This document shows positions 23,701 to 30,590 of a DNA stretch of 32,000 bases, piece after piece. The position numbers were made by a program, and so were the translations under genes. Numbering within the stretch: position 1 is the first letter of the stretch; each line of letters starts with the position of its first letter. The DNA is from Ignicoccus hospitalis KIN4/I (GTDB lineage: Archaea > Thermoproteota > Thermoprotei_A > Sulfolobales > Ignicoccaceae), in the NCBI RefSeq assembly GCF_000017945.1, contig NC_009776.1:840001-872000 (forward strand), given 5' to 3'. The notes under the pieces are model-generated. The model did no database searches. It had not been told where the DNA came from and was given only the letters and a program-made list of their open reading frames with translations.

Positions 23701-24414
23701 ATGTGGGAGTGGTTCGTCGTCGGCTTGGTTTCGTCGTTGTTGGACCAGACGCTGGCCTTGGGCTTCGGCTTGACCTCTTCGCTCATACTGGTCAGCGCGC
23801 TCGGCGCCGACCCGAGGGAGGTTGTGCCGACAATATTGGCAGCCCAAGCTCTGACCTCCGTGCCGGCGTACTTGATAATACGGAAGCTTAAAGTGCCCAG
23901 TCAACTGTTCTTGTTCTTGCTAGTTACATCAGTAATGACGGTAATACTCCCTTTCGGATTGAAAGCTTTGAAGACCAAAGACGCCTTGGCGCTGTATTCG
24001 TTATCGCTGTTCTTGACAGTAGCTATAATGGTAGCTATGGATAAGGGTTTCCTAAAGCCCGACCTAAAGGCCACGTTGTTGTTATCGCTCCTAGTCTCTT
24101 TGGATAAAGTTATGGTAGGCGGAGGCTTGAGCCTAGCACTAGTTATATTACAAAAATCCATGGGCGTTAGTTTAAGCGAGGCGTTGATGTCATTACCAGT
24201 GATAAAGGCTCTACCCGTGCTCACTTCCCTCATAGGCTATTGCGGCTCCTCCCTCTGCCCGAGGCCCGCGCCGTCGTTCGCGATGGCCGCGGGCGCGGCC
24301 TTGGGGAGCTACGCGAGCAAGAAGCTCCACTCGAAAATAAGAATAAGGGACGAGTACTCGGTCCTCTTGCTCTTGATCGGAGCAGCGGTGAGCGCGCTGC
24401 GCGCGCTTTATTGA
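23701..24414 (+). CDS. TauE/SafE (TSUP, DUF81) family anion permease
   Basis: A roughly 238-aa polytopic protein with the internally duplicated motif LDQTLALGFGLTSSLILVSALGADPREVVPT.. and LDKVMVGGGLSLALVILQKSMGVSLSEALMS.., characteristic of the TSUP/sulfite-exporter family. The ATG at 23701 is preferred over the track start at 23680. Confidence 0.62.
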   Translation: MWEWFVVGLVSSLLDQTLALGFGLTSSLILVSALGADPREVVPTILAAQALTSVPAYLIIRKLKVPSQLFLFLLVTSVMTVILPFGLKALKTKDALALYSLSLFLTVAIMVAMDKGFLKPDLKATLLLSLLVSLDKVMVGGGLSLALVILQKSMGVSLSEALMSLPVIKALPVLTSLIGYCGSSLCPRPAPSFAMAAGAALGSYASKKLHSKIRIRDEYSVLLLLIGAAVSALRALY

Positions 24415-24446
24415 GCTTCCTCCGGGACCCCCGAGAGGGCCGGTAA

Positions 24447-25841
24447 GTGGAAAGGAAGTTGCTACTCCTAGTTGGGGACTCGCTGAGGGCCGACTCGTTT
24501 AAGCGTTACGTACCTAAGGCCTCGGAGTACAAGGAGCTGGTGCCGGCCTATTCCCAGACGCCCGGCGCCACCTTTTCCCTCCTCTTCGGGCGCCACCTCA
24601 CCCACGTCTTCTGGCCTACGGAGCTTAACCCCATGACGGTCTTAAGGTTCGCCGGGATAGAGACTCTAAAGGACACTTCTGCCACTTTCGGAATTTTCAA
24701 CTTCATTCCCACCTTGTCCAAGCTGTTGGCTGAGGAGTCCGTGGTACACGCCTTGAGGAAGGCCGGCGTTCGTACCATGGTATACAGCCAGCTCGACAGC
24801 CCCCCGCTGAGCCTTCCCCCGTTTGACGTGGAAGACTTGGCGAACACAACTAGATTGCGATTAGATTACGTAAGCAGAGCAATCCTGGCAGTCTCTTGGC
24901 GTCTGGCGACCGTAGCCACTAAGAGGTATAGAAACCTGGGCAAGATGGCATTGCTGAACACGATAATAGACGTTTTGCCTTGGAAGAAGGGCATAATATT
25001 TGAAGCTGGAAACTTCCCAGCGAGGCACCTTTACGAGGACATGGCAGAGGTCGCTATATACAAACTGAAGAAGCTCAAGGGCGATTGGTTCGTCTACTTC
25101 CACGCCTTCACTCCTCACGGCGAGTACTCTTGCGGCGAGTTCCGGCACGCCTTGGACCTCCACATGCTCACTTGGAGCTTTAACGTACACGTGGGGGAGC
25201 TGCTGAAGCTGTACCAAGTGGACTCCTTGGAGAGATTGCTTCGGTATTACCGAACGTGCGACGTCATAAGGGATGTCCTTGAGGACGAGGGCATCTTCAG
25301 AAAGCTGAGGACTGCTTACGAGGAGTGCGTAAAGCTCTTCGCGAGCTTCGTGAAGCGGCTTGAGGAGGAACTCGTCCCCGAGGGCTGGACGGTCATAGTA
25401 ACTTCTGACCACCCGGAGTACTTCGGCGAGGATTGCCTCAGCGGCCACCCCCCTCTGGTCCCCCTTAGGAGGCCGCCGGAGAGGGTCCCCTTGCTCCTGC
25501 TGGGAGAGGGCAGCTTGGAAGGGGTGAGGGCTTACACTCAGATACCGGAGCTCGTGGCCGAGCACTTCTCCGTCCGGTGGGCTGCCCCATCCTCCGACGA
25601 GGTGTTAGTTACCATACCCTACTTGAGGGACAACAAGTGGAGCATTATGGTCGTGTCCACGGACGGCGACAAAACGGCTTACCACGCTGTAGACGAAAGC
25701 GGCAATGAGGTCTGGGGAGGCCCGGAAGAGTTACGAGAGGCAATCTCTCAGCACGAGCGCCGGGCCGCGGAGGAAAGGAAGAAGATAATAAACCGCCTAA
25801 AGATAAAGCTCAAGCTTCGGAGGAGACTCCTCAACAAATAA
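24447..25841 (+). CDS. Second cytoplasmic alkaline-phosphatase-superfamily protein (sulfatase/LtaS/PglZ-like core) with a strongly basic C-terminal tail
   Basis: LLLLVGDSLRADSF (N-terminal metal-ligand Asp strand), YSQTPGATFSLLFGRH (nucleophile-motif position, Thr where sulfatases have Cys/Ser), VIVTSDHPEYFGE (SDH metal site). No signal peptide. The tail is ERKKIINRLKIKLKLRRRLLNK. GTG start. Confidence 0.6.
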   Translation: MERKLLLLVGDSLRADSFKRYVPKASEYKELVPAYSQTPGATFSLLFGRHLTHVFWPTELNPMTVLRFAGIETLKDTSATFGIFNFIPTLSKLLAEESVVHALRKAGVRTMVYSQLDSPPLSLPPFDVEDLANTTRLRLDYVSRAILAVSWRLATVATKRYRNLGKMALLNTIIDVLPWKKGIIFEAGNFPARHLYEDMAEVAIYKLKKLKGDWFVYFHAFTPHGEYSCGEFRHALDLHMLTWSFNVHVGELLKLYQVDSLERLLRYYRTCDVIRDVLEDEGIFRKLRTAYEECVKLFASFVKRLEEELVPEGWTVIVTSDHPEYFGEDCLSGHPPLVPLRRPPERVPLLLLGEGSLEGVRAYTQIPELVAEHFSVRWAAPSSDEVLVTIPYLRDNKWSIMVVSTDGDKTAYHAVDESGNEVWGGPEELREAISQHERRAAEERKKIINRLKIKLKLRRRLLNK

Positions 25842-25877
25842 CCTTCGCTTTGTACTGCGCTAACGGGTACGTCCGAG

Positions 25878-26270
25878 TTGTCTCAAGAGACCCTAAAGGC
25901 GGTCCTCCCCTCGCACATAGCGAAGGCAAAGGTCGTAGAAAAGCCGTGGGGAAGGGAGATATGGATAGCCAACGAGCCAGAGTACGGCGGCAAAATCCTC
26001 GAAATAAGGAAGGGGTACTCGACTAGCGTTCACTATCACAAGGTGAAGAAGGAAACGATATACGTGGACAAGGGGAAGCTCTTGGTTAGAAGCGGGGATA
26101 AGGAGTACGTGCTGGAGGAGGGCCAGGCAGTGACTATAGAGCCTTACACCGTCCACCAGCTCGTCGCCTTAGAAGACGTCCGCCTAATAGAGGTCTCCAC
26201 GCAGCCCTTGGACGAGAGGGTAAGGGTGGAGGACCCTTACGCCGGGAAGAGGAAGCCGGAGGACCTCTAG
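25878..26270 (+). CDS. Cupin-domain protein (type II phosphomannose-isomerase C-terminal-like)
   Basis: EKPWGREIWIANEPEYGGKILEIRKGYSTSVHYHKVKKETIYVDKGKL..GQAVTIEPYTVHQL contains the cupin motifs G(x)5HxH..E and PxxxxH. TTG start. Confidence 0.72.
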   Translation: MSQETLKAVLPSHIAKAKVVEKPWGREIWIANEPEYGGKILEIRKGYSTSVHYHKVKKETIYVDKGKLLVRSGDKEYVLEEGQAVTIEPYTVHQLVALEDVRLIEVSTQPLDERVRVEDPYAGKRKPEDL

Positions 26271-26320
26271 GGAAAAACTTTCTACTTTATCTTTTCAGTT
26301 TTAATCTTACTGCCTTTGCC

Positions 26321-27361
26321 TTACCTCCTAAGCAGTTGGTCAAGCTCGGCCAGCAGCTGCTGCCTGAACGACTTGGACAGCGGCGCATAGCCCATCTTGA
26401 TGGAGGCCTTTTGAAGCTCGTCGCTGAGCAAGTACTTGACGAAGTCTACTATCTGCTTCAGCTTCGGAGAGTCCCTGAAGAAGATTATGTAGGGGGTCGC
26501 CACTATGGGGTAGGAGTCCTTGCCCGGGGCCAGCACCAGCGAGTCTGCGTAGAAGTAAGGGGCGTGGAGCACGCATATCCAGCGCTTCGCGGCGCCGGCG
26601 GTGGCGGCGCTTATGGTCTCCGGAGTGGGCAGCACGAAGTTACCCTCAGCGTTCTTCAGGGCGGCGGTGGGGAGCTTCGCTTGGACTGCGTAGGCGTACT
26701 CCACGTAGCCTATGCTGTAGGACGTCTTACTGACGGTCGCGGCGACTCCTTGGTTCTTCGGGGCGCCGATGCCCCTTCCCACCTTATCAACGGGCCAGTT
26801 TATCACCAAATGGGAACCTATCTTAGCGTTCCACTCCGCCGAAGACTTGGCCAAGTACTTGGTGAAGACGGCTGTAGTGCCAGAGGCGTCGGAGCGGTGA
26901 ACGGCTATTATCGGCTTGTGGGGGAGCTTCGCGGCCACCTCGGGGTCTTGGAGCGCCTTTATCCTAGGGTCGTCCCAGTACTTTATCTTACCCATGTAAA
27001 TTTCCGCCAGCACTTCCCCGTCCAGCTTGAGTACCTTGTTCCCTAGCTCGGGTACGTTGTATATCACTACCACGGAGCCCGCCACTACTGGTACGTGTAC
27101 AACTTGCTTCCCCTCAAAGAGAAGTGGGGCGTACCTCTCCTTCGGTATAGGCACGTCGCTCCCGGCGAAGTCGGTTAGGTGGTTCAGCAAGTTGGCTATG
27201 CCGGCCCCAGAGCCCACGCCTTGATACGTTACGTGGGCTGCCTTGTAGTAGTACGCTGCGAGGGATACGAAGGGATAGACGAAGGTCGAGCCGCTCCCGT
27301 AGAGGGAAGCGGCTATGACCGCGTGGCTCAACAAGAGCGAAGCTACTAATGCAGTCCTCAT
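26321..27361 (-). CDS. pstS: PstS-family phosphate-binding protein (solute-binding component), no cognate permease or ATPase genes adjacent
   Basis: Signal or anchor MRTALVASLLLSHAVIAASL, then GSGSTFVYP, YQGVGSGAGI, DFAGSDVP and HRSDASGTTAVFTKYL. These match the phosphate-ligand motifs of PstS. Confidence 0.82.
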   Translation of the reverse strand: MRTALVASLLLSHAVIAASLYGSGSTFVYPFVSLAAYYYKAAHVTYQGVGSGAGIANLLNHLTDFAGSDVPIPKERYAPLLFEGKQVVHVPVVAGSVVVIYNVPELGNKVLKLDGEVLAEIYMGKIKYWDDPRIKALQDPEVAAKLPHKPIIAVHRSDASGTTAVFTKYLAKSSAEWNAKIGSHLVINWPVDKVGRGIGAPKNQGVAATVSKTSYSIGYVEYAYAVQAKLPTAALKNAEGNFVLPTPETISAATAGAAKRWICVLHAPYFYADSLVLAPGKDSYPIVATPYIIFFRDSPKLKQIVDFVKYLLSDELQKASIKMGYAPLSKSFRQQLLAELDQLLRR

Positions 27362-27463
27362 CTCTTATCCCACTTTCTCGTGGGTTAGTGAAAAATGCGT
27401 GGTTAAATAGATTTCGTTAATCACACCATCGATCTGCCTTCTCTAACGGGGATACGACCATTT

Positions 27464-28132
27464 TTAAACATTTCCATAGACTAACACGCTTCCAGTCATT
27501 AAATCACTCTTAGCTAAGGCCTTAGCATAGTTGCCGGAGCAGTGTATCGGGTGAACCTCTTCGGCACCCAGGGCGTAGAGAGCGTGTAGTACAGAGTCCA
27601 CCTCTTTCTTGGGCTTGCTAGCTAGGTGGAAGCCCCCAATGACTGCCCTCGGGCGGAAGCCGAAGTCCTCCACGACGCTTCTGTAGAGCATGTGCACTCC
27701 GGGGTGGCTGCAGCCCACGAGCATTACTTGGCCGTACCCCTTCACGTCGACGACTAGGGCTCTCTCCCTGATACCTTCAGCCTCCAAGGTTCTGGACAAA
27801 TAGAGGCCATCGTCCAGCTTGAGGGGCCCCGGCACCCTCTCGGCGGTGGGTATAGGGAAGAGCGGGTCGTCGGGAGCTATCACCTTCTTAGCCCTTATCG
27901 CTTCCGCCCCGCCGGTGTGGTCCCAGTGTCTGTGGCTGAAGATTAAGTAGTCGACTTCGAGCGGTACATTGAGTAACCTAGCGTTGTGTTTGACTGCCCT
28001 CGCATCGCTGTTGGCATCCCAGAAGGCCTTCCAAGAGGGCGTCTCGAGGTAGATGGACAGCCCCCACCTCCCGACGAAAGGAGGCCTGGCCTCATTGTCC
28101 ACGACGACGTGGAGTTTGAGGTAAGGGACCAT
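27464..28132 (-). CDS. Metallo-beta-lactamase-fold protein (COG1237/MJ0301-like)
   Basis: LHVVVDNEA..GLSIYLE..FWDANSD..VDYLIFSHRHWDHTGG (HxHxDH) ..VGCSHPG..HCSG. Architecture resembles the archaeal MBL-fold 7,8-dihydropterin-related synthase family. Confidence 0.75.
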   Translation of the reverse strand: MVPYLKLHVVVDNEARPPFVGRWGLSIYLETPSWKAFWDANSDARAVKHNARLLNVPLEVDYLIFSHRHWDHTGGAEAIRAKKVIAPDDPLFPIPTAERVPGPLKLDDGLYLSRTLEAEGIRERALVVDVKGYGQVMLVGCSHPGVHMLYRSVVEDFGFRPRAVIGGFHLASKPKKEVDSVLHALYALGAEEVHPIHCSGNYAKALAKSDLMTGSVLVYGNV

Positions 28133-28153
28133 AGTTTTCGCCCGAGGTTTGGG

Positions 28154-28263
28154 TGGTGCCGCCGCGGGGATTTGAACCCCGGGCCACCGGGTCTCCCAAG
28201 CCTTCGGTTCTCGCGTACCGGACCTTATGGGCCCGGCGCTCTGCCCGGCTGAGCTACGGCGGC
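28154..28263 (-). tRNA. tRNA with CAT anticodon (elongator Met or Ile2), 33-nt intron at 37/38, genomically encoded CCA
   Basis: Reverse complement: GCCGCCG-TA-GCTC-AGCCGGGCA-GAGC-G-CCGGG-CCCATA[AGGTCCGGTACGCGAGAACCGAAGGCTTGGGAG]A-CCCGG-TGGCC-CGGGG-TTCAAAT-CCCCG-CGGCGGC-A-CCA. All four stems are Watson-Crick. The anticodon CAT is the complement of ATG at 28227-28229. Confidence 0.88.
28193..28225 (-). other. tRNA intron with a canonical helix-bulge-helix-bulge-helix (BHB) splicing motif
   Basis: Loop nt CCCA (32-35) pair with the intron 3' UGGG as a 4-bp central helix. This helix is flanked by 3-nt bulges UA|A and AG|A that carry the splice sites. The outer helix is GGUC/GGCU. Confidence 0.7.
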
Positions 28264-28288
28264 TCTCCGGAGAACGGGCGTTATGGAT

Positions 28289-28296
28289 CTTTTAAG
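28289..28296 (-). promoter_or_regulatory. TATA box (CTTAAAAG on the minus strand) for the tRNA gene
   Basis: 26-33 nt upstream of the tRNA 5' end at 28263. Confidence 0.5.
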
Positions 28297-28352
28297 TTTT
28301 GCTATCAACTCTTGATTAAGGAGGGGAGCCGCCGGCTAGAAGGTCCAATGAG

Positions 28353-30542
28353 ATGGCCGAGCCCGAGAGGGTTGCTGCGCTAGTGTTGCTCTGGGACCCT
28401 CCAGCGATAGCGGCCGTGCTGCGGGGGGACCCGTCTCTATTGTTGAAGGAAGACATAAATATGAATTACTATTTACTAATAAAAAAGGCATACAGCTTGG
28501 AGAACTTTGACGAGTTTAAGAGGATTGTAAAGGAAGGGCTGGGGGCGCGTTGGGACCCGGAGCTCAAGGCTTGGGTCGTGAGGCCCGCCCTGAGGGACTA
28601 CCAAACGGTGACGGAAGCCGTAACGGTCCTTAAAGAGATGGGTGCACGTTTCGAGCTGGTAACTGAGGAAGGCCCGGTTCCAGTGGAGCTGGACGTCGAT
28701 GACGTGGACGCGGCCTTCCTAGAGGGGTCGGCGATTATAAACGAGCTAGCTAAGGATATATCACTATTAGTAAAGTTCAGAACAAAGAAGGACAAAGAGT
28801 TGTTCTTTAGATTGGTTGAACTGGCTCCATATTACAAAGGACGCTTCTACTTGCCCCCCTTCGGTCGCTTGCCGGCTACCTTGGCCCAAGATGTGGCCGC
28901 TAAGGCGACTTCCTCGACCGCCCTCGTTGCCTCGCAGAGGAGGGAGCAAGGGTACCCACTGTTCTTAGGGAACTCTGTTGTCGTTAAGGTCAGCGAGGAG
29001 AAGGCGGAAGAGTTGCAAACGAAGCTCGCCCCTTACGAGGACTGCGACGTAGAGTCTCCAGAGATAGAAAGAGAGAGGAGGGAGAACGCCCTCAGCTATT
29101 GTGAGTACCGCTGGACGAACTACGCGGGGGAACTGGTCAGAGAGGGGAGGCTTACCAGGCTTTACGAGATAACTTTAGAGGACGGTTCTGCCTACATCAG
29201 AACTTTTAGAGGCTTATTGATTAGACTGCTTAGGCATTTGAATGTGGACGTCGATAAGTTATATGCAGACTTACCCTTGGAACCCAATGCGGACTTCTTA
29301 CGGGACTACCAGAGAGTCGCGGTATCCCAAGCGCTGAAGATGCTCGCCGTTCAAGGGGCGGCGACCGTCCAAGCCGCCACGGGCGCCGGGAAGACGGAAA
29401 TGGCAGTAGCCGTAGCGAAGACTCTTCTGGAGAGCGGGCAGGTGAGGAAGGTTTTCTTCTTAAGCTTAAACAGAACCTTGAACGTTCAAGCTGTAATGAG
29501 GTTTAAGAAGTACGGATTAAGCGCGGGGCTGGTGGACTCAGAGAACTTCCAAGTAGGGGAACCCGTGGTGGCTTGTACGGTGCAAACCCTCTATAGGGCG
29601 CTAGTTAAGGTCGGGAAGGCCAAAGAGGTTAAGGATGACGTGGACGAGGAGATAAGGATGGACTACGCTGAGCTGAGCGACGACAAGGCAGAGAGGCTCT
29701 TCGAAGAGTACATGAAAGCCGGCTTGGTGATAGTGGACGAGGTACAACACGTCCCCGCCCGCACGGTCTCCGAAGTGGTGCGTGCCAACCCGTGGTCGCT
29801 AAGGCTAGGCCTCTCGGCTACCCCTTGGAGGGACGACGGAAAGGACGTTCTAATTTACGCGTTGATAGGGGACGTGGTCCCTAAGAGGATAACCTCTTCG
29901 GAGCTGATAGAGAAGGGGTATTTGGTTCCGGTGGAAATAATAATGTTAAAGAGGAAGGTAACCGTGGACCGCGAGGACCTCAAGGCGTTGGAAGGTCTAC
30001 AAGGCGCTCAGAAGTACGTCAAGTTGAAGAACTACATATTCTATGACTCCGAGAGAAACGCGCAGATAGCGAGGGTAGTGAAGAAGCTGCCGAAGCCAGT
30101 ACTAGTCTTAGTAAAAGAGGTAAAACACGCACACGAGTTGTGTAAGGCCATAAAGTCGGAGCGCCTCTCGTGTGCGGTGCTGACCGGCAAGGAGAGCTCC
30201 TCCCAGAGGGAGTCCGTCCTGAGGGCAGTCTTGAGGGGAGACTTGGACGTGGTAGTTGCTACCACCTTGGCCGACGAGGGCTTGGACCTCCCGCCGCTTA
30301 GGTCATTGGTCTTGGCGGCCGGGGGGAGGTCGCAGACGCGCACCCTCCAGAGGGTCGGGAGGGTCACGAGGCCCTACCCCGGCAAGGAGGTGGGCATAGT
30401 AGTTGACGTCTGGGACGACGACCGGGAGGCAGGAGGGATATTTTATAGGCAAGGGCTGGCCCGCATGTCCCTTTACCGCACTGAAGACATGTGGAAAATT
30501 GTGGTTAAAGATATTAAACAATTTCTGAAGGAGAAGAACTGA
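28353..30542 (+). CDS. XPB/Rad25-like SF2 DNA helicase with a roughly 310-aa uncharacterised N-terminal extension
   Basis: Helicase core: LRDYQRVAV..QAATGAGKT (motifs Ia/I), VIVDEVQHVP (II, DExH), LGLSATPWRDDGKD..LIGDVV..LIEKGYLVPVEI (III plus the RED-like motif and following segment typical of XPB), TTLADEGLDLP (V), GGRSQTRTLQRVGRVTRP (VI). An alternative start is the ATG at 28461 (MNYYLLIKK..). Confidence 0.85.
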   Translation: MAEPERVAALVLLWDPPAIAAVLRGDPSLLLKEDINMNYYLLIKKAYSLENFDEFKRIVKEGLGARWDPELKAWVVRPALRDYQTVTEAVTVLKEMGARFELVTEEGPVPVELDVDDVDAAFLEGSAIINELAKDISLLVKFRTKKDKELFFRLVELAPYYKGRFYLPPFGRLPATLAQDVAAKATSSTALVASQRREQGYPLFLGNSVVVKVSEEKAEELQTKLAPYEDCDVESPEIERERRENALSYCEYRWTNYAGELVREGRLTRLYEITLEDGSAYIRTFRGLLIRLLRHLNVDVDKLYADLPLEPNADFLRDYQRVAVSQALKMLAVQGAATVQAATGAGKTEMAVAVAKTLLESGQVRKVFFLSLNRTLNVQAVMRFKKYGLSAGLVDSENFQVGEPVVACTVQTLYRALVKVGKAKEVKDDVDEEIRMDYAELSDDKAERLFEEYMKAGLVIVDEVQHVPARTVSEVVRANPWSLRLGLSATPWRDDGKDVLIYALIGDVVPKRITSSELIEKGYLVPVEIIMLKRKVTVDREDLKALEGLQGAQKYVKLKNYIFYDSERNAQIARVVKKLPKPVLVLVKEVKHAHELCKAIKSERLSCAVLTGKESSSQRESVLRAVLRGDLDVVVATTLADEGLDLPPLRSLVLAAGGRSQTRTLQRVGRVTRPYPGKEVGIVVDVWDDDREAGGIFYRQGLARMSLYRTEDMWKIVVKDIKQFLKEKN

Positions 30543-30553
30543 GCGCGAATGTG

Positions 30554-30561
30554 ATTTAAAA
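30554..30561 (+). promoter_or_regulatory. TATA box (ATTTAAAA) for the Sm-L37e unit
   Basis: 30-37 nt upstream of the ATG at 30591. Confidence 0.5.
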
Positions 30562-30590
30562 CGTAGCTCGCAGGCGGTCCGGGAGGTCAT

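Noticed and set aside
24861-25565. 234-aa minus-strand ORF inside the second AP-superfamily gene
   Set aside because: The + frame carries the ordered AP-superfamily motifs (DSLRAD .. TPGA .. TSDH). The minus ORF has none and shows mirror-codon composition.
26336-27046. 236-aa + strand ORF inside pstS
   Set aside because: Gly/Arg/Val-rich shadow of the motif-complete PstS frame on the minus strand.
30562-30569. CGTAGCTC downstream of the helicase matches the 5' part of the tRNA (CCGTAGCTCAG), which could be an att-type direct repeat delimiting an integrated element
   Set aside because: Only 8 nt match, and the match is in inverted orientation relative to the tRNA gene. No integrase is present, so this is compatible with chance.
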